A stretch of DNA of 63,581 bases, the filler included, from Collodictyon triciliatum (taxonomy: Eukaryota): assembly GCA_043381765.1 (NCBI GenBank). It is 4 parts of 4 records of this genome, joined end to end, with 100 filler letters (N's around TTAATTAATTAA, not from the genome) between each part and the next. Parts side by side here need not be neighbours in the genome. Positions count along the whole stretch, not along the records: positions 1 to 29,835 come from JBHJMP010000955.1; 3 more parts are not named here. One strand, written 5' to 3'. A model generated the notes under the pieces. That model was given only the letters and a program-made list of their open reading frames with translations. It was not told where the DNA came from and searched no databases. Position numbers and translations under genes: made by a program. Positions 13,900-26,785 of this stretch are shown one piece after another. Each line of letters starts with the position of its first letter. Position 1 is the stretch's first letter.

Positions 13900-14357
13900 G
13901 AAACACAGTTGCACCTAAGCATCGTCTTCACTTACCCACAAGAAAGTCCTCGTGAATTGCAAGAAAAAGAAAAGAGGAATAGGCATATCTTGTATATAGT
14001 ATTTTTCTGTGCGACCGAACTCATCCTCACGCAAGCTACCTCACAGATCAGCCCTGCAAAGACAAGGACAAGGTATTGTCAAGCCAGGTCGCCGACCAAT
14101 CGAACATCAAATCATTGAGCGTGGGATTTTCGGTAGGATAGAGAAGATCGGGAGCGCGCGCAGCAGAAGAAAGAAATAAAACTGTCTTTAATCCCGAATA
14201 TGACCCATGTTGAGTCCAAACCCCACACGAGTGTAGAAAGTCATGTTGCTATCTGTCTCTTGGCTTCATATTCTGGTCTCTTTGATCTCCCCAAAACCAA
14301 ACCACCTCAGTTTCCTTCAACCTTTGATGCACGGGCCCTTCGAATCGAAGAGAAGGG

Positions 14358-14552
14358 ATGAAGGAAGAAAGGCCTTTGCTCTGCGGATTAATAGGTATCG
14401 CGTCTGCGGTGATTATTGCCTGCATCACGATGCGTTCGGCTTCCAACATAGACCACTTAGCTGCCTTAGCAATAATCACTATCAGTGCGCTAATACTATC
14501 CCTGATTCGGACATGGCCGAGCAGACACAAAAACGCCCCTGCTTCCGTATAA
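14358..14552 (+). CDS. Possible 64-aa two-transmembrane-helix small protein
   Basis: ORF with two hydrophobic stretches (LLCGLIGIASAVIIACITM; LAALAIITISALILSLI) and a basic tail. No homology recognised. Confidence 0.3.
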   Translation: MKEERPLLCGLIGIASAVIIACITMRSASNIDHLAALAIITISALILSLIRTWPSRHKNAPASV

Positions 14553-14763
14553 GCGGTTCGATTCTGGATTTGGATGATGGAGGACGCAGCCGGGCATTCC
14601 TGGGTCGCAGAAAAGAAAACCTGCCGCTGGCAAGACAAAAAAAAATACTTCGCGACGGGTGATTCGACATTGTACCAGATAGATGATATATTGTAACAGA
14701 AAGAATAGTCTCGGAGTCTCTTGATACTAACCTTTTTTTTTTTATTGAACAAGGGTGGGAAGA

Positions 14764-17700
14764 CTACTCGGGCAGAGGGCACAGGGTGTCGAAGACATGC
14801 TTGGACGCCTTCAATCCTACTTTTTTGTCTCCCTCTAGGCTAGTGGGTATATCAGCCAGAAGGTTTTCTTTTGCGGCTTTGCTTATGATAGGGCTAATAT
14901 AATGCTCGTATAGACTTGCAGCAGTGGGGTAGGCTCGTGTGATTGCTGCCGCGATGTCTGCGTCGATGTGTGGGATTAGCAGTAACTGATTGGCCCAAAT
15001 ATTTCCTGTCGGTATAACGCGCTGAACCCTTGTATTATCGCTTTCCACATCTCCTCTTCTACTAATGAAATGGCAAAGGGTTAAGCGTATCTACTTCGTT
15101 TGCAAAACGCATTATTTTTAGCGGAGGAGCTAACACAATCTATATCTCGCTAGTCCTCCTTTTAAAGGGAATTCGCAAATCCCTAATAGTAAGTAAAAAA
15201 GAAAAAATGTAGCTCACCCAAGCTTATTTTCTAGAAGCGCCGTGGTGATATCCCCAATTATAATACACGTTTCTGCAATCGAACTAGATTTTCTTACTGA
15301 CGAAAAGTCATATGAACCAAGTTTCATGTATGCTGACATCAATAGGCTCCTCGTTACAGAGTTCAGCAATTCTACTTGGGTATTAGTTTGATTTCTCATA
15401 GACTTCTGTACTGCTTTTCGGTGTGCTTGGGTTTCGTTGCGAATAGCTTCAGCTTCCAACGAACTTTTTGGTTAAGGTTTCATATACAGTCAGCATATTT
15501 TTGATTTACAGTCACCATAAAATTAATGGAAAAAAATACACAATCTCAAATGTGCTACCTCGAACTCTTGCAGAAAGAAAAGGGGAAGAAGAGAAGAACA
15601 AAGAAATATGAAAAAGAAAAACCTCCATCCTTCTATCACAAAGAACACCCTATAATCAGGGTAGATTTTCCGAATCAAGTCTGCTTGAAATTCAATATTT
15701 CTTGAATCCAAGCACAGCTGTGTCATTTTTTTGGGACTTATCCGAACTAGTAAGCAAGACATAGGCACGGACTCTCTGCTTACATTTAGTTCGCATAACC
15801 TCTCTAGGTCCGAACCTTCATTCAGCTTTCTCCATTCAAAGCAATGCTTTACCGGCATGTCTGAAACAATAACCTTTGAAAGCCCTACGGTTTTCTACAA
15901 AGTAAAAATAAAAGTGGATAATAAATCCAGTTAAAGATTTACGATATCAAATGCAAAAATAATAATAATAATAATAATAATAATTTCAACACATTGTCAA
16001 TTAAACTACCTTGATAGAGTCCAATACGGTCCCTCCATTTTCTTCATCCAAAGTTGATTTATCGAGCATTAGAACCAAGTGAACATTTCTTAATTGCTTT
16101 TTAACCTATTCTTAGAATAATAAATGTTTACCAGAAATGGACAGATTACATGTAATATGCGTTATGTTGATTTTGAAGAAGCTTGGTCAAACTAAAAAAA
16201 AAAAATACTATCGCGTTGAAAATAAAAGACCCTTCGAAACCAACTCTAGTCTAGTGTATTCCGATAAAACTTCAAACCCATCGGAGAAAGAATAAACGGA
16301 CATTTTCCAGAAAACTTATATGAGACACGAACATTTGTCTTTTTAGATGTACTTCGGCTTGGTTGAAGGTACACATAATCCGAGTTTAAGGTGGTAGTAT
16401 GTAGTATGCCTCCGTTCAATTCTAAAGAGTCTCTTGCTCTCACAATACCGTGATTATCCAATGGAGGCATAGACCGTTCATCGCAGACTTTTGTTGCTGC
16501 TAACCTGGTCTCCTATAAAAAGAATTTAAACTAAAAACTACACAAAAAAAAATGTGCTAAGGGAGACAATCACAAGGAGAAAAAAAAAAGAAACATTTTA
16601 TTTCTTATTTTCGATGCTATGTGTCATCAAGATAAGGCTTTGTTTTTTTTAATAAAAAAAAGCACCTCTTTTTCGATATTTATGTACAAATCCCTGGTCA
16701 TACCCTGCGATTCAAAACCTCTTCTCTTAATACTAGAATCTACATTACCATCAAACGATAAGATTTCTTCTAAATCTGAGTCTCTACCGGCCTCATCATT
16801 GTTCACCTCCTCGTCCGAGCAGTGCTTTGGAGAGCTCAAGTCAATGACACTTTGATTTTCATTTACTCTATCACCTACCCAACCAGAGTCCGAATTCCGT
16901 ACTAGACCCTTATCCAAATGTAGTGGCTCTTTCGGGCTCTTATGATAGTTTAGAAAATCATCTGACGATTTTCCTAGAGTGCATTTTGCAGTCATAAACA
17001 ACCGGTCAAAGAACTTGTCAAATCCAATACCCTCCTTGTGGACATTTTCTGTGGCTTCAGGAGCTTGTGAACCATGCGCAGGATGAGATTGAACGTCAAA
17101 ACATTCCGATTCTTTATGAGTCACCTTTTTACTTCGCTTGAATTTGTCCACATGGTCACATCTCATTTTATAAGATAGTTCCTGGCTATCTTTCTTTTTT
17201 CGTGAGGATGAAGATAATTGCATGTACGAGTTTTCGTCAGCAACACCCCTTGATTTAGATGGAGATTCAACAATATCACATAATTCGTCTATGGTATACC
17301 CTAGATGACATCCTTCTCCTTCTGATATTCTATCAATACTTTCATTCCTTGGGGAATGATTCGGATTAAATGGGTGTAGGACTTCTGAACTTTGAAGTAG
17401 ACCTGAGTCTGAAAAATCTAAGTAGCGTCTGACTTCTTCTCTTGGTGACAATATGACGGCTTGGCCACTGAGTAAACCCAAGTCCTTTGCATCTGTTGAA
17501 GAGATATCGTCCATAACCTTAGAACCAACAGTTCCTAAATTCTCGTGATGTGACTGCATATGCTGTTTTGCTTTCTGCGTTGAAATATGGTCTGAGAATA
17601 TACCCCCATCCATAGTCCCCTCTTTATTCAGGGTGGGAGTTTTAAGAGCGGTTTCAGAGTGGGAATCTCCAATAAACCCATCCCAGAAAGCCCTTGTCCT

Positions 17701-18081
17701 TGAGATTGATCTTTTAGGGTCTTCGCCAAAGTCACCAAAATCTTTTTCTGCCTCCTCGGCTCGGCTCTGTTTCCTAAAAGAAGCATTTTCAAACATCTCA
17801 CAAACCATCGAGGATGGACAGAGACTCGAGTGAGACCTTGGGGAATCGCAGACCCCACTTTCCTTGAAATCACACCCCGAATCCTTAGATCCATTCGGGC
17901 AATGGCTTTGATTTGGAGCGCCCAAGATGTTATTCTTTGAAGGGGAGTGGGAAGTCAGGTCAATAAACTCGTGCCCTTCGTTGCTTGTTTCTGATCTCGA
18001 ACCTGCGACACTGTGGCTCATGTTTGCGGGCTGTGGATTGTTGGTGTGCCTCAGTGTCAGAGAAAGTGTTGCAGAGTACAT
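14764..18081 (-). CDS. EME1: Crossover-junction endonuclease non-catalytic subunit EME1/MMS4 (long disordered N-terminus, ERCC4-like domain, HhH2)
   Basis: C-terminal exon NQLLLIPHIDADIAAAITRAYPTAASLYEHY...KENLLADIP...KKVGLKASKHVF matches the EME1 tandem HhH tail. SDMPVKHCFEWRK and VFFVIEGW match the EME1 nuclease-like domain. About 6 exons are in phase; the start is ATG 18081 or 18021. Confidence 0.85.
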
Positions 18082-19338
18082 GGTTCATTGTGGAATGCCC
18101 TTACAGTAGGGTAGGGGACAGTGTAGCTAGCTACAGGGCCTATTGGCTCGACTGGCTTTGTTTGCTGTTGGCTCGTTCGCTTATGGAACACCGCCAGCCA
18201 AGCTGAACCGAGCAGACACCAGGCGATCCAGGGGCAGGACGTTTCCTATATCTGGATTGTAATATTATTAACACTTTTTGTGCTAATTATTTTTGATAAA
18301 GGTGTTTAATAAGTGATAAAATTTATCATATTCTCTTATATTTGTAAGATAATTGGTATTTATTTGAGAGGAAGTGGGTGGTACGGTATATTGATTAAAG
18401 GGATATATGTTCTCAGCATGGGCTAGTTCAGCGAATATACTGGGACTTCTAACATTCCCAGGGCGCGTGTCCAGCCACGTCAAGCCACACTGTGCAGAGA
18501 AACATCCACTTAAGACCATCACCGAACAGACTAATTGATGTAAAATTCAGTTAGAAAGAACAAATGCAGATAAAAACTCGCACAATGACCAAACGAAACA
18601 CGCGCACGCGCACCTTCATCACATTTCATCGAATGATTCGTTCCAGTGGGCTTCATCTAGCTTTTTTTTTTTCGTGGTTTTTAATACTTGTTTCCATCGC
18701 ACCAGCTCTGCACAAACTTTCTGTACGTTCGGCCAGTGGTGGCGAGGCCTTGGATCAAAGCGAGCGTGAATAGATCACATAATCACAAGCCAGGGATGAA
18801 GCGGCTAAGGGAGCGGCGGTGGGTGGGTAGTTTGTCGGACAGCCAACCACGAGCCGAGCCTGGAGAGGGGCAAAAGGAGGTTATGGGGAGGAAGGAGCTT
18901 TTCTCTTGTGCGATTCTTCACACAAACAAACAGCCTTCAAGCCTGGGCCTGCGGAGTGAGTCCTTCCCCAAAGGGCGAGAAGGCCGAAGAGAAAAGCTCC
19001 TCCTCGCTGACCCATCTTCCCACCAACCCAGACCGCACTTCTTTTAAGACCCAAGCCCCACGAATCGCTTCCCTCCCGCAGAGTCTTTCCCCACCCCAAT
19101 AATAGTCCACATGCGGCATGATCGCTCTGCTCATTGATCCTAACCGCCTCTCCGCATCGTAGCAGGATGGCCGAGCACGACAATCCTCGCCACAGACTCC
19201 TCAAAGGTAACGCGACTATTCCGCACTCCCGCCTCCCTGTCCATACCAACACACTGCTGTATTCCCTGAACGCACCCAACTCTGTGCAAACGTGCCTGAC
19301 GCACTGGCCTATTCGCAGAGGATGTGCCGTTGAGCAGC

Positions 19339-22300
19339 ATGGGAAGCCACAGCCACGGTCAAGCCCACGGCCACGAAGGTGCCCAGAGCAAGGAAGATCT
19401 CAAGAAGGAAATCGAGATGGTAAGCCCTTATTTCTGGTTCGATCTGGCAAATTCTCACTTGGATCCTCCAAAACAAAAACAAGACGCAACTGTGCGAGGG
19501 TGCAAGCAAAAATAAATAAATAATAATAATAATAGTAGAACAGAAGACTAGAGGGCGTGCTCATTTTGCCACGCTGCAGTCTGCAACTAATGTTCCTCCT
19601 CCCTTGTTCTTCTAAACCTAACAGGACGAGCACAAGATCCCCCAAGAGGAGCTTATCTCACGTCTCCGAACTGATATCAAGAAGGTGAAGACACTTGTTG
19701 CTACACCAAAAGACTATAGGAGCAGCTTATCATTGCACTTTACATACACACGCCCTTCTCAACTTAACCCTCTGCCCTTGACCCCAGACTCTTCTTGGCT
19801 CTGAATACTGACCGTAACCTCCATACAGGGTCTCACCGAGAGCGAAGTCCGCGATCGCCTCGTTCGCTATGGACCTAACGCCCTCACCCCGCCCCCAACC
19901 GAGCCTGAGTGGAAGAAGCTGCTGAATCAGTTCCTCGGTAATTCCTAGATCTTCTATCAATTCCACGTAATTCACCCATGAAGGAGAATAAATCGTCTTT
20001 TTGAATAAAGAAGCTCACATGAGTGTCATATCTTTCTCTTGACAGGCTGGTTCTCTATCCTCCTCGAAGTTGGATCTGCCCTCTCCTTCATCGGTTACAT
20101 CCTTGACCCCAACACTCCCGAGAATGTGAGCGCCTTATTCTCCACATTTAAATATGCACGAGTCCAACGTGCCTTGATGTCTGAATATCACAGAAGTTAT
20201 GAAGCTCATACATCCTCTTTGCAATACATAGATGTACATTGGTGTCGTCCTGGCTGCGGTCGTCATCATCACGTCTGTCTTCAGCTACTACCAGGAGTTC
20301 AAGTCCAACTCCATCATGGAGAAGTTCAAGAACTTCCTTCCCCAGCAAGCCACCGTCATCCGTGATGGTGAAAAGGTTAAAATCGATGCGAAAGACGTCG
20401 TTCCTGGTGACATTGTTGAAGTCATCGGTGGCAACAAGATCCCTGCTGATCTCCGTCTTGTCCAAGTCAGCGACCTGAAGGTATGCAAAGACACAGAGTA
20501 AACACCGCGGGAAATCAAAGGGCACCCTATCAATTCTCACACATACCCTTGTAATTATCAAATGTCACACAGGGAACTCATTTTTTTTTTTTGCTGAATT
20601 CACAAACCAGGTGGATAATGCCTCCTTGACCGGAGAAGCCGAACCTCAGTCCCGAAGCACCCAGATGTCTGATGAGAATCCCCTCGAGACAAAGAACCTT
20701 GCGTTCTACGGAACCTTGGCCACCGAGGGCTCGGCCATTGGTGTTGTCGTCAGCACTGGTGACCGCACCATCATCGGTCGCATCGCCGGTCTGGCCGCAT
20801 CTACTGTTGCTGAGGACACGCCCATCCACCGTGAAATCCACCACTTCATCCTCATCATCACTGGTGTCGCCATATTCCTTGGTACCACCTTCTTCATGAT
20901 TGGTATGATCATCTCCGGTGGAGACTGGATCACCAACTTGGTCTTCATGATCGGTATCATCGTCGCCAACGTGCCCGAGGGTCTGCTTGCTACAGTCACA
21001 GTCTCGCTGACACTCACTGCCAACCGTATGGCCTCCAAGAACGTCCTGGTCAAGAATCTGGAAGCTGTCGAGACCCTCGGTTCCACTACCACGATTTGCT
21101 CTGACAAGACTGGTACCCTTACCCAGAACGTCATGACTGTCTGTAAGTAACTCAATCCGAGATGCTTCCATTGTTACACAGCAGCATTATAAGCAAGATC
21201 AATCAGTATCTTGGACTCTCTTTCTTCTTCCCTTTCACTTTCTTTGAATGGCCCAGTCGATTGTTGTTTATCTATTGACATTTCACAAACTCCTGCGACG
21301 TAGCTCACTTGTGGTATGACCGTACCATCTACGACTGTGAAACTTCCACCCAGCGTGCTAACTTTGTCCAAACTGCTCCCACCTTCAATGCCCTCCGCCG
21401 TGTTGCCACCCTTTGCAATCGTGCCACCTTCGACTTGAAGAAGGGTCTGGACAACCACGGACAACGCTACACCATCGGTGATGCTTCAGAGTCTGCACTG
21501 ATCAAGTTCTGCGATCCCTTCCGTGATATCATGCAGATGCGCGATGCCAACCCCAAGCTATTCGAGGTTCCCTTCAACTCCGTCAACAAGTACCAGCTCT
21601 CTGTACACAAGCAGGAAGTCGATGCCCGTGAGACACGCCACCTCTTGGTCATGAAGGGAGCTCCAGAGAGAATCCTTGAGCGCTGCAGCTCCGTCTTGAT
21701 TGGAGGAAAGGTAATCCACATTCATACATTGACGCACAAATATCAGTACCCATAAAAATTACTCATCAAGAGACGTACGTATGCGTACCGCCGCAGATTT
21801 GAATCAACCAACTATCAAACGCAGTATAGCATGATATTCATATCTCAACTCAGGGTTCGAACATATAGCTAGAGCAATTGGGCCATGTCTTAATTATTTA
21901 TTTTTTTATAAAAAGGTTGAGCCCATGACTGACCGCTTCCGCGCCGAGTTCCAGAAGGCGTACGAAACCCTTGGCTCCATGGGCGAGCGCGTGCTTGGAT
22001 TTGCCGAGCTTGTCCTCCCCACCAAGTTTGCCGATGGCTTCTCATACTCCGACAAGGATGGAGGAAACTTCCCCACCGCCGACCTTTGCTTCGTTGGTCT
22101 CATGTCCCTCATCGACCCTCCACGCCCGGCCGTCCCTGACGCAATTGCCAAGTGCAAGACAGCTGGTATCAAGGTCATCATGGTTACCGGAGACCACCCC
22201 ATCACTGCCAAGGCCATCGCCCGCCAGGTCGGAATCATTACTGACGATACCATTGAAGATATTGCTGAGCGTGAACACCGCCCCGTTGCTGAGATCGACC

Positions 22301-23686
22301 CCAGCCGCGCCCACGCCATCGTCATCCACGGCCACCAGCTCAAGGACTTTGACGAGGATGACTGGGACCGCGTCATGAACCATGGCCAGATCGTCTTCGC
22401 CCGTACTTCCCCCACACAGAAGCTCGTCATCGTCGAGCACTGCCAGAAGCGCAAGGAAGTCGTCGCTGTAACTGGGGATGGTGTCAATGACTCTCCTGCC
22501 TTGAAGAAGGCCGACATCGGTGTTGCCATGGGTATTTCCGGCTCTGATGTGTCCAAGGAAGCTGCTGACATGATTCTGCTTGACGACAACTTCGCATCCA
22601 TCGTTCACGGTGTCGAGGAAGGCCGTCTCATCTTTGACAACTTGAAGAAGTCGATCGCCTATACCTTGTCCTCCAATATCCCTGAGATTTCGCCCTTCCT
22701 AATCTACATCACTGTCAACGTTCCCCTGCCGCTCTCCACCGTGCTTATTCTCAGTATCGATCTCGGAACTGACATGATTCCCGCCATCTCCCTTGCCTAC
22801 GAGAAGGCTGAATCCGACATCATGAAGCGCCCACCCCGCAATGCCCAAACTGACCGCCTTGTGAATGCCCGCCTCATCTCCTTCGCTTACTTCCAAATTG
22901 GTACATTATTTATCAAACACAACCAATATCGAATCCTGTCGCATACAAATGAAACAGCCAATAGTCTCTCACTTTGTTTATGTGGAAAATTATACGAGTG
23001 TCTCCGAAAATGAAGCACCCATAGCACCTGATAATGTTTCTAACTGCTCTATCCTGCAACAGGTATGACCCAGGCTGTCTCTGGCTTCTTCACGTACTTT
23101 ATCGTCATGGGTGACTATCACTTTGCCCCGTGGATGCTCCCTGGAACTGGTGTCCTGTGGAAGGACGAGAACCAGGCAGTCAACGGATACAATTTTGTTG
23201 ACCGCCGCGAGGCCCTGCTCCGCGCCCAAACTGCCTTCTTTGTCTCCATCGTCATTGTGCAGTGGGCCGATCTTTTGATTTGCAAGACTCGCAAGCTCTC
23301 CATTCTGACCCAGAAGATGAACAACGGACAGCTCAACTTCGGACTCTTCTCGGAGACATTCATTGCTGCCTGCCTCTGCTACGCCCCGTTCCTCAACATT
23401 GTCTTCTCCACCCGCCCCATCCGCTTCGTCCATTGGTTCCCTGCCATGCCCTGGTTTGTCTGTTAGCCGCCGCATTATGAAACCCTTCCCAGCACTACTA
23501 TGAAATCCGCTTGTGAACCAGACTTACACTTATAACCTGCCTATTGCAGACACATACCCATCGAACTAACTTAACCCCACTGGCGTTGTTTTCAGGTCTC
23601 TTCTCATTTTCCTGTACGACGAGACCCGCAAATACCTTATTCGTCAAGACCCCAAGGGCTGGCTGGACACCTTCACTTACTATTAA
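19339..23686 (+). CDS. ATP1A: P2C-type ATPase, Na+/K+-ATPase alpha subunit-like; 10 exons, 994 aa
   Basis: Exons 19339-19419, 19625-19684, 19829-19937, 20046-20125, 20232-20480, 20611-21142, 21304-21710, 21916-22900, 23063-23453 and 23596-23686 total 2985 nt, in frame. Motifs: [65 protein letters not shown]-terminal TYY. Confidence 0.98.
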
Positions 23687-24503
23687 GTAACTGGCCTCTA
23701 CTCATGCATCCCAGTCGTCTGTCCACCCTGAATCCTATCGGCAATGTCCCCATCCTCAAAGCCTCACGAGAATCGGGTGTCCGCCACAGGCGCCCTCCTC
23801 ACAGGCGACTGGACTTGACAGCGAGAGGACACACTTTTCACACCCCACACTTTTCTTCGTCAAAGCTGAGTCCTGTTTATTCCCCATCACGAATAGCAAT
23901 AAAAAAAAAACCCCCACTACCAGACACCAACACTACTTTGGGCAACTGTGACTTCATCATTGATNNNNNNNNNNNNNNNNNNNNNNNNNNNNNNNNNNNN
24001 NNNNNNNNNNNNNNNNNNNNNNNNNNNNNNNNNNNNNNNNNNNNNNNNNNNNNNNNNNNNNNNNNNNNNNNNNNNNNNNNNNNNNNNNNNNNNNNNNNNN
24101 NNNNNNNNNNNNNNNNNNNNNNNNNNNNNNNNNNNNNNNNNNNNNNNNNNNNNNNNNNNNNNNNNNNNNNNNNNNNNNNNNNNNNNNNNNNNNNNNNNNN
24201 NNNNNNNNNNNNNNNNNNNNNNNNNNNNNNNNNNNNNNNNNNNNNNNNNNNNNNNNNNNNNNNNNNNNNNNNNNNNNNNNNNNNNNNNNNNNNNNNNNNN
24301 NNNNNNNNNNNNNNNNNNNNNNNNNNNNNNNNNNNNNNNNNNNNNNNNNNNNNNNNNNNNNNNNNNNNNNNNNNNNNNNNNNNNNNNNNNNNNNNNNNNN
24401 NNNNNNNNNNNNNNNNNNNNNNNNNNNNNNNNNNNNNNNNNNNNNNNNNNNNNNNNNNNNNNNNNNNNNNNNNNNNNNNNNNNNNNNNNNNNNNNNNNNN
24501 NNN

Positions 24504-24760
24504 GGAACAATTAAATTTTGTTCGCTATTTGGATGTCAATGTCCAAAACTCACACCAAAATCAATACATACTTAATGAAAAGCCCTATGGAGTATGCCTT
24601 CTCTAATGAATTCGGAACAAGCCCACATTCTTATTTACACCGACAACAAACCAATGTAGATGCGGATAAGTATTCTAAAATATCTCTCAAAAATAGTACC
24701 GACTGCTGAAAGTTATCAAAGTAAAAGGATATAATTCACACCTGGCTAAACCCTTCAAAC
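24504..24760 (+). pseudogene. Degenerate copy of the 27600-27870 segment
   Basis: Nucleotide blocks such as atatctctcaaaaatag and aaaggatat-attcacacctgg are shared with 27790-27860. The homologous frame reads QAHILIYTDNKPM*MRISILKYLSKIVPTAESYQSKRI*FTPG versus HAHILRYSDRKQRDMWECVVRYLSKIAPIADSCPSERILFTPG, so it has internal stops. Confidence 0.45.
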
Positions 24761-25095
24761 ATAAAGCAACTAAGAAAAAGAAAAAGAAAAAGAAAAAGAA
24801 AAAGAAAAAGAAAAAGAAAAAGAAAAAGAAAAAGAAAAAGAAAAAGAAAAAGAAAAAGAAAAAGAAAATGAGAAGATTAGTAGAGGGGTTCGTTAAGTTT
24901 ATTTTATCACAATATGGACGACAGTGTTCCTCCGCCGAGTTATAATTCATGGCGAGGGAATAGTGGCTTTTCTTTAAACAGAAGCCAGTCTAACATCGCT
25001 TTCTCATGCCTTATGTCTGCGTATGAAATATCCGTCGCAATCAAGCTAACACATCTCCCATTTCTGTTGCAGAGTCCTAACATACCGCACATGGT

Positions 25096-26785
25096 TTAGT
25101 ATCGGCGCAAATTATATCGCCTTTGCCTCTCTGTCTTGCACAAATAGAAAGGATTGATAACATATAAAATCTATATTATGAAAGTGCTCTCCAGGTGTAT
25201 ATCGATGGTCTCTAACTTAATGAAAACAAATATATTTACCTCTGTCAGATTCGTGCTTAAATGAGACCGCACAAATCCCCTGTTATTTTATCTTTCAGTA
25301 TATATCCCATCACATATGTTTACATATTGATTATTATTGACTTGTCTATAATCATACCTGAATTGCCTCTTGACTTTCTTGCTAGTCCCATACACAAGAC
25401 TTATACCAAATCCGAAAGACGGTGTCGAAAAAGCGTGTAAGCAGAAAAGCCAAAACTAGAAAGATTTGTTTATTATTCTCAGTTTGGTTACATGCCAGAT
25501 GGATGAGATAGTCAAGTCAAATACTTTTGGGTCGTCCGGCTGAATCCAGTTTTGGATTCGGTTGACTGCGGGCCAAAACCAGCAACAAACAAACGCAATA
25601 ACAATACGCATGAGTCGTTTAGAAAGTTTCCTTCTAGATTGGACAACTGTCTGCGTTGCTTTGCCCCCAACAGACTCTTGCTCTTTCTACAATATTGTAT
25701 CATGAATTCTTTCGATTCGTATTAGATGATAAATACCTTGTTATCTTGTGTGTAGCGTGAAATAATATACAGTTATTTATAGCTTTCCATGATGCTGAGA
25801 TTAGGGGCTCATTGGCAAATAAATATTGGTTTCTATTTGGGGACGATGAACTTGAATAACCTGAATATTGACAAGGTGGTTGTAAGCCAGTGCGTAGAGA
25901 ATGACGTTGAAACCCAGAGATGTAAACATAGGAATGAACAAGAATAAAAATCGAGAAAGGTCGTGGTCATCAGTAATCCAGCACCTATAACAGGATGCAA
26001 ATATGTTCAGAAAAGTATTTCAGGATGAATATATGGAATTTGCAACTGATTTTTACCATACCATAATCCAGCGGGACCCAACTCACCACGCGCATAAACA
26101 ATAATTGTAGAGATTATCGGATAAGTCCAACCGATGAAATGATTGAAGCGCTCTGGATTCTCGAACTGCAAATTTAAAATCAAACTAATAGTCTCATATG
26201 CAATTAACACTTTTTTTTGTTGATTATTATCATTGTTTGCTTCGTCTATTGTTCAGTATTTTCATACTTTTACAAAATTGAATCATACGGCCAGACTTCT
26301 GCTTGTGATGCATTGAAACAGGGTCGCTGCAATTGCAATCATCCACATCATATTTGCCAGGTTAAAGAATTGTATGATACCACCTGCGAGTCATTTGAAA
26401 TGCTTATTTGATTACTTTTTATGTGCATCATTTCAACAGACCTTATTTCATAAAATGTAAAAACTATATGCATTAGGAAGAGGATATTGGAGAGAAGAAA
26501 ATAAAAGTCGATGAAGCATAAAGCACCTTGTATTTGGCAAACTATGTTGACTGTTTTGTCGCTATCATCAATCCCCGAGTCGCCATAGAACCCATTCAAA
26601 AAATTGCCAGCCGATAAAAGAGAATTGGCAATTGCCAAGGTAAAGACCAATTGAAGGAAAACAGAACGCACCTCCGGAAAGCGTATGTAAGAGAAGATGA
26701 CAAGAGAACAGGCACATAGTGATAACGAGCTGGAAAGGTAGACCAAGGCCCTTAGCGTCTTCGTTTCCTCTTGAGTAAACTCCAT
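25096..26785 (-). CDS. 7-TM GPCR of the cAMP-receptor-like (CAR/Crl, GCR1/GPR157-type) family, copy 1
   Basis: TM1 SSSLSLCACSLVIFSY; TM3 CQIQGGIIQFFNLANMMWMIAIA; IGWTYPII; ECL2 GPAGLWCWI; TM6 AFVCCWFWPAVNRIQN; TM7 LHAFSTPSFGFGISLVYG. Exons are in phase; the last two short exons are tentative. Confidence 0.88.

Noticed and set aside
18100..19338. Short ORFs in the GC-richer region between EME1 and the ATPase
   Set aside because: Best explained as a divergent promoter and 5' UTRs; no coherent coding frame.
20148..23480. Many long overlapping and antisense ORFs across the ATPase
   Set aside because: Shadows of strong C-ending codon bias; no independent motifs.
23704..24606. ORF-track entries spanning N-gaps (also 27814-28733, 38156-38824, 49614-50013)
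   Set aside because: Their length comes from X residues in the gaps.
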